64,000 nt of DNA from NCBI GenBank assembly GCA_018674305.1, contig JABHAL010000004.1, forward strand, positions 446 to 64,445, written 5' to 3'. Position 1 is the first letter of the stretch. Each line of letters starts with the position of its first letter. The translations under genes were made by a program, and so were the position numbers. This document shows positions 39,005-50,687 of this stretch, in pieces. This stretch comes from Candidatus Falkowbacteria bacterium (GTDB taxonomy: Bacteria; Patescibacteriota; Patescibacteriia; UBA11705; JABHMO01). The notes under the pieces were generated by a model. The model searched no databases, was not told the origin of the DNA, and saw nothing but the letters and a program-made list of their open reading frames with translations.

Positions 39005-39190
39005 TAAAGTTATCCCCAATAATCTTTTTTTTTGCTAATCACTATTGTTTGTTTTGCGAAAAAGATCTATAATTTAAATGGAAAGCTACATTTGTATTTT
39101 AAAAATAAAAAATAATAAAAATAAAATCTTTTAAAACTTTCTAAGCAAAAATAAATTTCTGTTTAAAAAGTTTTTAGGAGGACAATTATT

Positions 39191-39514
39191 ATGCCAGCTA
39201 AAAAACGAAAAGCTGCTCCAAAGAAACGAAAGGCAGCTCCAAAAAAGCGAAAGGCAGCTCCAAAGAAACGAAAGGCTGCTCCAAAGAAGCGAAAAGCTGC
39301 TCCAAAGAAAAAGAAGAGAGTAGTTAAGAAGAAAAAAGCTGCTCCAAAGAAACGAAAGGCTGCTCCAAAGAAGCGAAAGGCTGCTCCAAAGAAAAAGAAG
39401 AGAGTAGTTAAAAAGAAAAAGGCAGCTCCAAAGAAACGAAAAGCTGCTCCAAAGAAACGAAAGGCAGCTCCAAAGAAACGAAAGGCAGCTCCAAAGAAAC
39501 GAAAGAGAAAATAA
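39191..39514 (+). CDS. Histone H1-like, Lys/Arg-rich repeat protein (KKRKAAP)n
   Basis: AGGAGG RBS; 21-nt repeats with synonymous variation; terminator at ~39524-39551. Confidence 0.85.
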   Translation: MPAKKRKAAPKKRKAAPKKRKAAPKKRKAAPKKRKAAPKKKKRVVKKKKAAPKKRKAAPKKRKAAPKKKKRVVKKKKAAPKKRKAAPKKRKAAPKKRKAAPKKRKRK

Positions 39515-39614
39515 GCCTATATAAAACAGCCCCGCACTGCGGAGCTGTTTTGGTTTACAATAATAAACTAGATTGTACTACAATCGAGGCCAAACGTTAA
39601 TATAATTCAAAAGA

Positions 39615-40367
39615 TTATTTTTGATAATCTCGACATGCGGACAGCAACGCATCACCAAACTGCGAACTTTTCTTATCTTTATAAGCAAACATAAGTTCAT
39701 CCATGAATGGAAACACCGGAAAAACTTTCTTTTCTATTTCTTCCTGGTTACTAGCATCAAATTCCAAAGTTCTGGCAAATTTATAAAAGAATCCCACAAC
39801 CGCGCCTTGACGTTTGTCTGGAGTTAGACTGGTGACCTCACTTTTTGCCAAATCATCCAAATCAACGTCTACTTCCTGTTGCGCAATTTTCAATAAAGCA
39901 TCTTTCAACTCCAGAAAAGTATAATTTGAGTTTACTCGATGTGCCTGTTTCATTGCTTGATCGAGCAGTTCAATTCCACCCTTTTGTGCATTTTTCGAGC
40001 CGATAGCTTCCAAATATATCATAATACTACTCACCACCGCTCTGGCATTTCGATAAACTCTACCCTGTTTGACCACGAATTGATCTTCGGACAACATCTC
40101 CTTTTCACTATTTGCAAAAAAATCTTCCACTAACATTCGACCATAGTCATGAGGAATTTCAATAAGGTCTTCATTTGATAACAAATACTCGCTCTTTCTA
40201 CCAACGACAAGAAGGCCGGCTTCATTGTCATACTCCATAAAACTTCTCTCCGGCGGACAAGTTCCTATATATCGGCCATCAACAAAAGTAGCGCCTTCTG
40301 ACATTTTTAATTTTTTTGGTTGAGGCTTTTCTTCATTTTCAACCTTTTGACTTGATTTTTCCTGCAT
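39615..40367 (-). CDS. Hypothetical protein
   Basis: Long ORF; start placed at MQEKSS just after the upstream stop. Confidence 0.7.
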   Translation of the reverse strand: MQEKSSQKVENEEKPQPKKLKMSEGATFVDGRYIGTCPPERSFMEYDNEAGLLVVGRKSEYLLSNEDLIEIPHDYGRMLVEDFFANSEKEMLSEDQFVVKQGRVYRNARAVVSSIMIYLEAIGSKNAQKGGIELLDQAMKQAHRVNSNYTFLELKDALLKIAQQEVDVDLDDLAKSEVTSLTPDKRQGAVVGFFYKFARTLEFDASNQEEIEKKVFPVFPFMDELMFAYKDKKSSQFGDALLSACRDYQK

Positions 40368-40371
40368 AAAA

Positions 40372-41631
40372 TTACAATTGTTTATTTTTTTGTAATTGTT
40401 TATTAATATCCGTCTCATCAAAAACTTTCACAGTCCCATATTCCCCATCATAACCAGGTTGAGTGTAAACTTTGCCTTCCCGGACACGGATAATTGCTTC
40501 AGCGATTATTTCACTGGAAATTAATTCGATTTCTTTACGAGTTAGATCTAATAATATTTCAAATTCAGTTTTCTTTTCTAACATTTCTTCAAAAACTGTT
40601 TGCACGGTCTTTGTGAGCTTACCTTTTTGATAACATTCAGCAATAATTTCTTGAAGTGGGACTAAACTTTTGAAAGGAGTTGCATTTTTCGGTCTGAATC
40701 CAAGTTTCCGATCCGCTAGATCATCAACTCGATGTTCAACTCCTAAAACTAACTCTTTTTTACAAACTGGACAAATATTCTTATGCTTATTTTTACTTTC
40801 CTGTGGAGTGCAAACGAATTTACATTTACTGTGGCCATCAAAATGGTATCTGCCCTCTTGCGGATAAAATTCAATAGTATATAAAAACTTTTTCAAATCT
40901 TTGGTTTTAATAATATTATAAATTTCATCGTAATTAACTTCTTCTAAATCAAAAACATTAGCTTCCCTGCCAATGTTTTTTGGACTATGCGCGTCTGAAT
41001 TAGAAAGCATAGTTAAATTGTCCAAAGCGGACAGTCGCCAATTCATTTCTGGATCAGAACTAAGACCAGTTTCTACTGCGTAAATGTGCGGCGTTAATTC
41101 TTCATAGCATTCTTCTATTGAATCATAGCCCGACTTGGAACCAAACAAGGAAAACCAAGGAGTCCAAATATGCGCCGGGATCACCAAAGTTTTTTCATTA
41201 GCCTCAAAACAAATCTGAGCAAGTCTTTTTGCACTCAATCCAATTATAGGTCGACCATCAGATTTTAAATTACAACCAAGCTTATTTAATTCCGCATTTA
41301 TCTTGTCAACGGTTTCAAAATCCGGCACTAATAAACAAACATGCTGACGCCTTGTCTTATCTTTATCTTTGTAAATACAACTTATTTCCCCACTTAAAAT
41401 AAACCTAACAGGGTTGTCATTCTGAGCTTGCCGAAGAACCAACAAGCCTGAACCATCTTCAGTTAATTTTTCTTTAAGTTCTTTCAAGTACTGCGGATGA
41501 GTAAAATCACCAGTCGCCATTACCCCAATCCCTTTTTTACTTGCCCATACAGCCAAGGTCACCACTTCCATTTGGGGTGAAGTAGCACGGGAGTATTTAG
41601 AATGAATGTGGAGGTCGGCTATTGTTCGCAT
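40372..41631 (-). CDS. Endonuclease Q family (PHP domain) protein
   Basis: ADLHIHSKYSRATS, GDFTHP, PAHIWTPW, ETGLSSD, NSDAHS, GYDGEYG motifs. Confidence 0.92.
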   Translation of the reverse strand: MRTIADLHIHSKYSRATSPQMEVVTLAVWASKKGIGVMATGDFTHPQYLKELKEKLTEDGSGLLVLRQAQNDNPVRFILSGEISCIYKDKDKTRRQHVCLLVPDFETVDKINAELNKLGCNLKSDGRPIIGLSAKRLAQICFEANEKTLVIPAHIWTPWFSLFGSKSGYDSIEECYEELTPHIYAVETGLSSDPEMNWRLSALDNLTMLSNSDAHSPKNIGREANVFDLEEVNYDEIYNIIKTKDLKKFLYTIEFYPQEGRYHFDGHSKCKFVCTPQESKNKHKNICPVCKKELVLGVEHRVDDLADRKLGFRPKNATPFKSLVPLQEIIAECYQKGKLTKTVQTVFEEMLEKKTEFEILLDLTRKEIELISSEIIAEAIIRVREGKVYTQPGYDGEYGTVKVFDETDINKQLQKNKQL

Positions 41632-41639
41632 GACACAGT

Positions 41640-41671
41640 GAATTAGTTAATTTGTTAATTAGTTAATTGGC
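41640..41671. repeat. 8-nt tandem repeats (AATTAGTT); the inverted partner lies at 42024-42062, bracketing the four-helix gene
   Basis: gaattagttaatttgttaattagttaattgg vs ctaataactaattaaccaattcgctaattaac. Confidence 0.7.
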
Positions 41672-42023
41672 TCTTCAAGTTATTAATATAACTATTCAAA
41701 CCAACCAATAATCCTTGATAACTATCATCAAGATGTTTCCATTTTTCTTCTGAAATATATTTCAAACTCATGGCAACGCACAAATGACTTCTTACTTCTT
41801 CCAATTCACCACGAGAAATATACAACACTCGAACTTTGTCTTTAAAAAAATATCTCCCTTGACTTTCGGCAATATTAGCAATGACGGAGTTTGCCGCCCT
41901 GATCAATTGCTGAATCAAACAAAACTTCTCCCAAGATGGAAAACCTTTTGTGATCTCATAAATTTCAATTAGCAACTCATGACCTTGTTGCCAAATTCTC
42001 AACTCACTGAATGATTTTGCCAT
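41655..42023 (-). CDS. Four helix bundle protein (23S rRNA IVP-like)
   Basis: SFSELRIWQ, FPSWEKF, QLIRAANSVIANIAE, ISRGELEE motifs. Confidence 0.9.
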   Translation of the reverse strand: MAKSFSELRIWQQGHELLIEIYEITKGFPSWEKFCLIQQLIRAANSVIANIAESQGRYFFKDKVRVLYISRGELEEVRSHLCVAMSLKYISEEKWKHLDDSYQGLLVGLNSYINNLKSQLTN

Positions 42024-42051
42024 ACTAATAACTAATTAACCAATTCGCTAA

Positions 42052-42810
42052 TTAACTAGTTCGCTCTCTAATCAACTTCTCAACTAATTCTAAATGATCC
42101 GGCGTATTAATTCCTAAACACTCAATCGGATGAATTTTAATTGAGTTAATCGTTTTGTTCTGTTGTACTGCCATTTCCACCAAATCTGTTAAATAATATT
42201 CTTGCTGTTTATTTTCATTTTTAATTTTATCAATATTTTGCCACAGCCAGTCGGAATTAAAACAATAATAACCTGGGTTTAACTCTTTAACTTGCTTTTC
42301 GTTCTCTAAACAATCTTTCATTTCCCGAATTGCTTGAATAGAATTATCACCATTACGTAAAATCCTACCAAAGTTGTAAAAAGTCTGACGCCAGTCATCA
42401 AAATCTTCCACTTCCGTAGTCATCATAGTAAGAACTGACCTTTCACTGTGATGTAATTCAAATAAATTTTCAATTGTTTTATGAGAAATCAAAGGATGAT
42501 CACCATATAAAACTAAAATTGAGCCCACAAAATTATTCAAATGCTCTTGAGTACAAGCTAAAGCATGTCCAGTCCCAAATTGATTTTGCTGCCATACATG
42601 ATCAGCTCGTTCTCGGACTTGATTACGAACTAAATTTCCTTTATACCCAACGACTACAACCGGTCTCCTACCTAAATTAACTTTATAAACGGCGTCTAAC
42701 ACATGCTCAATCATAGGCCTATCCAAAACAGGGGCCAAAACCTTTGGATGCTCACTATTCATCCTAGTCCCCTTACCTCCAGCTAAAATTACAACTTGTC
42801 GTTCGCTCAT
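42052..42810 (-). CDS. GlmU-like nucleotidyltransferase (N-terminal domain only)
   Basis: LAGGKGTRM, GTGHA, YGDHP, EYYLTD, GINT; no hexapeptide acetyltransferase domain. Confidence 0.88.
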   Translation of the reverse strand: MSERQVVILAGGKGTRMNSEHPKVLAPVLDRPMIEHVLDAVYKVNLGRRPVVVVGYKGNLVRNQVRERADHVWQQNQFGTGHALACTQEHLNNFVGSILVLYGDHPLISHKTIENLFELHHSERSVLTMMTTEVEDFDDWRQTFYNFGRILRNGDNSIQAIREMKDCLENEKQVKELNPGYYCFNSDWLWQNIDKIKNENKQQEYYLTDLVEMAVQQNKTINSIKIHPIECLGINTPDHLELVEKLIRERTS

Positions 42811-43349
42811 ATCTCGTAAATAAAAATCTTGTGTTTTTCATTTCTTATAATTTGTACTGGCTCCCTCCAATCCTTAATCTTAAATGAAAAACAGATAACT
42901 TTAGTGCCCGGCCTTAGTTCTTTATCAAACTTTTCACGTAGGCGTACTAAATATTCTTCTAATAAATAACAAAAAACAATATTATACTTACCTATATTTA
43001 TTGTATTAAAATTCTGATGATAAATATTTACTTTAGACTTATAAATCCTATTTTTTACTTTCGCTAAAAAACATGCCCACAAGTTAACTTCATAACCATC
43101 CAAGACTTTGACGCCTTGCTTTTCGAACAATCGCAAAACTCGTCCCTCTCCACAACCCAGATCAACAACTTTATCTTCTGGTTTTAGTTTAACACTTTCA
43201 TTCAAATATGCAATTTGTTTTTTTGTCAAAGGCACAAAGGGCACTCCCCTGGCACGAATTACACCAACTAAAGTAGCAACTGTATAAAAAGTCATCACCA
43301 ACATGACCACGACAACGAAACCTAAGACGATACTGTAAAAAATTATCAT
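42807..43349 (-). CDS. Class I SAM-dependent methyltransferase with N-terminal TM
   Basis: VPFVP, DLGCGEGR, ELRPGT motifs. Confidence 0.8.
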   Translation of the reverse strand: MIIFYSIVLGFVVVVMLVMTFYTVATLVGVIRARGVPFVPLTKKQIAYLNESVKLKPEDKVVDLGCGEGRVLRLFEKQGVKVLDGYEVNLWACFLAKVKNRIYKSKVNIYHQNFNTINIGKYNIVFCYLLEEYLVRLREKFDKELRPGTKVICFSFKIKDWREPVQIIRNEKHKIFIYEI

Positions 43350-43350
43350 A

Positions 43351-43779
43351 TTACCATTTTAAAATTGAATCATTATTAATTTGATATTGAGTCGCCATTC
43401 CTGCTGGGACTTCCAAGACATATTTAATGGCTGTATTTTTTGATTGAATTATTGGACACTCATTTATGGTTTGACAAGGAACCTCATTTGCTCGAATTTC
43501 TAAAACTTTTTTATTTTCGTCTAAAAAAATAATGTCCAAATCAAACATCATCTCTTTCATCCAAAAATTAGCTTGCTTCGGCTTATCAAAAATAAAAAGC
43601 ATGCCCTGAAAAGCTTCTAAACTGGGGACTTTGCTCAAGCCCTTGGCTAGCTCATTTGAACTTACAGATACTTTCACCTTTATTTGATCGCCAGAAGGAA
43701 CCCGTAAGTCTATGAATTGGGAAAAACCACAACTTGAGAACAAAAACACCATCAAAATTATAAGAATAATCCTGAACAT
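43351..43779 (-). CDS. DUF192 family lipoprotein
   Basis: GMLFIF, FWMKEM, LDIIFLD, YVLEVPAG; FSSC lipobox-like. Confidence 0.88.
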   Translation of the reverse strand: MFRIILIILMVFLFSSCGFSQFIDLRVPSGDQIKVKVSVSSNELAKGLSKVPSLEAFQGMLFIFDKPKQANFWMKEMMFDLDIIFLDENKKVLEIRANEVPCQTINECPIIQSKNTAIKYVLEVPAGMATQYQINNDSILKW

Positions 43780-43822
43780 AACAGTTATATTTTAACACTC
43801 AGAGAAAAATTTTTCAAATCGT

Positions 43823-43857
43823 TTTAAAATAAAAAACAGAGACATAGTCCTGGCGAC
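43823..43857. repeat. 35-bp direct duplicate of the 5S 3' end and trailer (original at 43940-43974)
   Basis: tttaaaataaaaaacagagacatagtcctggcgac is identical at both sites. Confidence 0.9.
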
Positions 43858-43893
43858 CTGCCTCGACTGCCTGACGCAGTCGGGCAAGGCGGG
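43857..43893. repeat. REP-like hairpin CCTGCCTCG...CAAGGCGGG
   Basis: Same 9-nt termini as 27269-27298 (reverse strand). Confidence 0.6.
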
Positions 43894-43964
43894 CGACCTT
43901 CCCTCTATCAGAAACCATACTTAAAGTAGCTCGTCAAAATTTAAAATAAAAAACAGAGACATAG

Positions 43965-44073
43965 TCCTGGCGACGACCTACTTTCCCACTGTGTAGTATC
44001 ATCGGCGCTACAGGGCTTAACTGCTGTGTTCGGGATGGGAACAGGTGTGGCCCCTGCGCTAGAGTCACCAGGA
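43965..44073 (-). rRNA. rrf: 5S rRNA
   Basis: CCTGGTG...CCCATCCCGAACAC...GGGAAAGTAGGTCGTCGCCAGG. Confidence 0.95.
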
Positions 44074-44156
44074 CTATGTCTCTGTTTAAATAGAATATTT
44101 GATTCAAGTATAATAATTACAATTTGTAATCCGAAAATGTGAATATTAACATTATA

Positions 44157-47140
<2,984 letters not shown>

Positions 47141-47439
47141 CAATAATACTAATATTATTGTCTTATAATTTTAATTTTTCGTATTTTTTCGTTTGACAAA
47201 ATTGCTATATTGTTAAAACATTTTTTTACTTAAATCTAACTTAGATTGTCAATGATCTTCGGTGTCATTTTTTATTTAGCCCCACGGTATTTTGGCTCTT
47301 GTGGTTAGTTGGTCTGTATTTTGCAACAGACACTTTTGCAAATAAAAAATATCCCGACTTGATTTTCCATCCATCCCAGGAGAAAATCAAGTCGAAATAC
47401 TTTGTGTGGGAAATTGTTAACTCAATCAATGTGCCTTCT

Positions 47440-47467
47440 ATTATATAGGAATTTAAAATTATGTCAA
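47440..47467 (-). promoter_or_regulatory. Dedicated promoter of the 23S-5S unit, with a boxA-like site at ~47244-47257
   Basis: TTGACA-16 nt-TATAAT; GATCATTGACAATC in the leader. Confidence 0.75.
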
Positions 47468-47552
47468 GGATAAGCTATGCACAAGTTATATACAATATTT
47501 TTTTGTTTAATTTTACGAAAAAAGCACCCTTTTTAGAGTGCTTGTATTTATT

Positions 47553-48050
47553 CTATGTTTTAGCCTTGGCATTCATTAATGCGTCGCTGATTTCATAGCA
47601 CCAAGGCGTTTTCTTTGTGTTTACAAGAACCACATACTTATCCCCGGAAAGAATAATCAAGCCCTGTTCAACCATTTCATAAATACGTTCGCAATCACCA
47701 TATAATATGCCATTCAAAGCTGGCATTTCTGATTCGGAAACAACTCTTGTTAAATGAACTTTTTTTTCTCCATCAACGTAACGGAAAAAACTCAATGTGT
47801 AGACACCCGGTTTTTTAGTGCCTGTAATAGAGACATGCAAAATTCCTGCATCCCTGTAAAGTTCTTTCAGTCTCGAGCTAACTTCCCAATCTTGACGGTC
47901 AAGCTTTGTCCGATCCTCCTCTATCTGATAAATCCTTTTACGCAATTCATTCGCTTCATCAATCAACGCCAACTTCTTTTCTGTGAAGGATTTATGATCT
48001 ACAAATTTTTCTTCAAACTCTTTTCGTAAGGTTTCTTCTTTTGTTGCCAT
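47553..48050 (-). CDS. Hypothetical protein with N-terminal coiled coil
   Basis: AGGAG RBS; follows the NDT-like gene. Confidence 0.7.
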   Translation of the reverse strand: MATKEETLRKEFEEKFVDHKSFTEKKLALIDEANELRKRIYQIEEDRTKLDRQDWEVSSRLKELYRDAGILHVSITGTKKPGVYTLSFFRYVDGEKKVHLTRVVSESEMPALNGILYGDCERIYEMVEQGLIILSGDKYVVLVNTKKTPWCYEISDALMNAKAKT

Positions 48051-48068
48051 TCATTTCTCCTTTTTAAT

Positions 48069-48536
48069 CTATATTGAATTTGCCATTTGAATTGCCAAAT
48101 TAACTGTTCCTTTTAAAGTATCTGCAATTGGTACGCCATGCTTTTTCGCATAATGGCGAATGTAACCCATCTTCTTCGCTTCAGGTGGAGAACCAAGGAC
48201 AACCTTACCAGAATTCTCCCAACGTCCCCATTCTACATTAGTTGTAAAACCAGGCATGGTTTCAAGCACACGCGGAATCCAGAACAAAATGCAATCTGCT
48301 GCATTCATCTGTTCGTCTTCCCAGTCAACTTGATACTCCCAATTAAATGTTTCTAGATCACGACTCTCAGGAATAAAAATATTTCCATCAAACCCAAATT
48401 GTTCAAAAAGCCTAATTGCTTCTGGTCGCCAAGACGAAACAATTGGTTCAACCCAAGGCCTTGGAGTTGGCCCAGCTAGAAAAATTCTTTTTTCCGCATC
48501 ATCAACCAGCGGATCATCTACGTGAAAGACTCTCAC
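48069..48536 (-). CDS. Nucleoside 2-deoxyribosyltransferase-like protein
   Basis: IFLAGPTPR...SWR, QVDWE, FWIPR, TTNVEWG; GTG start with GGAGG. Confidence 0.8.
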   Translation of the reverse strand: MRVFHVDDPLVDDAEKRIFLAGPTPRPWVEPIVSSWRPEAIRLFEQFGFDGNIFIPESRDLETFNWEYQVDWEDEQMNAADCILFWIPRVLETMPGFTTNVEWGRWENSGKVVLGSPPEAKKMGYIRHYAKKHGVPIADTLKGTVNLAIQMANSI

Positions 48537-48650
48537 TTAAACCTCCGAATTACAAATTGAAAATGAACCGTTAAGAATTTACATTATATAAAATATACTC
48601 TTTTGTCAACAAAAACCCCGCCTGCTACATTATAGCGGCGGAGCTGTTTT

Positions 48651-49400
48651 TTATTTCTGTACTCTCAAAGCTTCTCGCAAATAATCACCTGCTTCATCTA
48701 AATTGAGTCTGTCTTCTTCGTCACGCAAAAGCCCTTCCGTATCAATACAAATATCTGGATACCTTTTCACGATTTCAGGAATCAAATGAAAAGTTCCCGC
48801 GGACAAACCACCAGCTACCCCATAACCAATTCCCAAACTTGGTTGGTAAATTGATTCAAGATAATAAAGTAACTGTGCTTGATTTAATGGTTGACCAAAT
48901 CCACAACTTGGATCAAGTAGCACATAATCAATGTGCCGGGAGTAGGCATTAATCAAACTAGCCATCACGTCTGGGTTTCTTACTCTTTCAAAAGCTCTTG
49001 ATCCAATCTGTAAAACAATTACAACGTTAGGATACTCATTTCTGAATAGTCTAAGTTCATCAAGACTTGGCCAAGGAATGTTCAATTGAAAACCATGACA
49101 GGCTGGGCCAGCAATATTCATTAAAATTGCCATTTCATCAGACAGTTTGCCGCCCAGATCTTTTTTAAAATTGAAATGAATCAAATTCAAGGCACACGGA
49201 TGATCCACGAAAATACTTTGAATTTCCTCTACCTCCGAATAACGATTAGGCCACCTGTTTGCAACTCCACATAAAGACTTTGAGCTGACCAGAACGCCAA
49301 CCATTAATTTGTGTCTACCTTCCGCTGGCATCAAGGCCAACATTGCTTCAACTTCCTGCCGGCTCACGAATCCAGTAATTCCGATGTACGGCTTATTCAC
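48651..49400 (-). CDS. PRAI/TrpF-like TIM-barrel protein
   Basis: IGITG, FQLN, LLDPSCGFG, GVAGGL, IDTEG; GTG start with GGAGG. Confidence 0.6.
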   Translation of the reverse strand: MNKPYIGITGFVSRQEVEAMLALMPAEGRHKLMVGVLVSSKSLCGVANRWPNRYSEVEEIQSIFVDHPCALNLIHFNFKKDLGGKLSDEMAILMNIAGPACHGFQLNIPWPSLDELRLFRNEYPNVVIVLQIGSRAFERVRNPDVMASLINAYSRHIDYVLLDPSCGFGQPLNQAQLLYYLESIYQPSLGIGYGVAGGLSAGTFHLIPEIVKRYPDICIDTEGLLRDEEDRLNLDEAGDYLREALRVQK

Positions 49401-49495
49401 GCTCCCCCTCCATTTAAAGGAACACCCACGTAGGTAATTTAGCACTTATATATGTTTTGTAAAGTCTAAAATTATGAAAAAAAATAACACGCTCA

Positions 49496-49580
49496 TGGTG
49501 GGCGGGAAAGGACTTGAACCTTCACGGCCGAAGCCACCAGTTCCTAAGACTGGCGTGTCTACCAATTTCACCACCCGCCC
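49496..49580 (-). tRNA. tRNA-Leu(TAG)
   Basis: Cloverleaf with long variable arm, CCAGT-CT-TAG-GA-ACTGG, encoded CCA. Confidence 0.97.
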
Positions 49581-49735
49581 ATCATGAACGTGTTATTTGC
49601 AATTTTTACCCTCCAAGAATATCATACCCCAATTAGTTAGTCAATATTTAAGGTTATTTTACTAACAAAACAAGGTAAGACCTTGACAAATTTTGTAAAT
49701 TAAGCTAAAATATAATGTTTTAGACCCAAAAGGGC

Positions 49736-49769
49736 TTGACAGATGATAGTTTAGTGTGTATAATACACT
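49736..49769 (+). promoter_or_regulatory. Promoter with an overlapping NrtR-like operator (49753-49769)
   Basis: TTGACA-17-TATAAT; AGTGT-gtataat-ACACT covers the -10. Confidence 0.75.
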
Positions 49770-49808
49770 TAGTAGGAACTTTGACAACTTTTTTATAAGG
49801 AGCCCCTA

Positions 49809-50687
49809 ATGGCTGACAAAAAAATTGCACTTGTTTGGTTCAAACCTCGCAATGTGCACACAAAAGAGGAAAGCTTTCAAAAATACATTGAAACACTAGC
49901 AGCAAAAGCTGCAAAAATTCGAAAGCAAATTGGCATCAACTATTTGCCACATCAGTCAGAATACATTGGAGTGGTTGGCGGTGATGGTCCTCAGATTGAA
50001 AGAGCAAAAGAGTTTGCCCATCTAGGAATTCCGATTTACGGAATCAATATGGGAACATATGGATTTCTTCTCAATAACCACGGTGATAACGATGATATTC
50101 GTGCAGCGATTGAAGCTGCCGTCTGGATCAAATTCCCTTTGCTGGATATTGAAATTGAATACCTTGATGGCTCAATTGATAAGACTCTGGCTTTTAACGA
50201 CCTATACACAAAAACCTCTGGGGTTCAAACCGCAAAACACAGAGTTTTTGTGAATGGTGAAAACATTATTCCTCAGGTCTTTGATGATCGGGAAACTTTC
50301 GCCATGGGTGACGCTGTAATTGTTTGCTCTGCAGGTGGTTCGACTGCCTACAACCGAGCAGCCGGTGGAAAAGTTTTTTCTCCCAACGCTAAGGTTTTTG
50401 GCATTACCATTGCATCTCCGTTTCCGATTCCATTCAAACCGATTCAAGTGCCTGATACCAGTGAAGTTGTCATTGAAGTTCTGGAAGATGAAAAGCGTCA
50501 ACACATGATTATTGCGGATAATGAAGCCTACACCGATGTACGAAAAGTTACTATCCGCAAGTCTGAATTGACGGTTACCCTGGGCTTCAAGCCTGGTGAA
50601 ACGCATCAGGACAAAGTCAAGAAAATGGAACAAAACCTAAGAGCTTGGAAAAAGAAAGCTCAAGAAAACGGAGGCCAAAATGCTTGA
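49809..50687 (+). CDS. nadK: NAD kinase
   Basis: GGDG, GINMGTYGFL, AFND, GSTAYNRAAGG motifs. Confidence 0.85.
   Translation: MADKKIALVWFKPRNVHTKEESFQKYIETLAAKAAKIRKQIGINYLPHQSEYIGVVGGDGPQIERAKEFAHLGIPIYGINMGTYGFLLNNHGDNDDIRAAIEAAVWIKFPLLDIEIEYLDGSIDKTLAFNDLYTKTSGVQTAKHRVFVNGENIIPQVFDDRETFAMGDAVIVCSAGGSTAYNRAAGGKVFSPNAKVFGITIASPFPIPFKPIQVPDTSEVVIEVLEDEKRQHMIIADNEAYTDVRKVTIRKSELTVTLGFKPGETHQDKVKKMEQNLRAWKKKAQENGGQNA

Noticed and set aside
41655-42023. DGR accessory (Avd) system
   Set aside because: The fold is related, but there is no reverse transcriptase or TR/VR pair in the window
42052-42810. glmU pseudogene
   Set aside because: Intact single-domain ORF ending cleanly after GINT; stand-alone uridyltransferase forms are plausible
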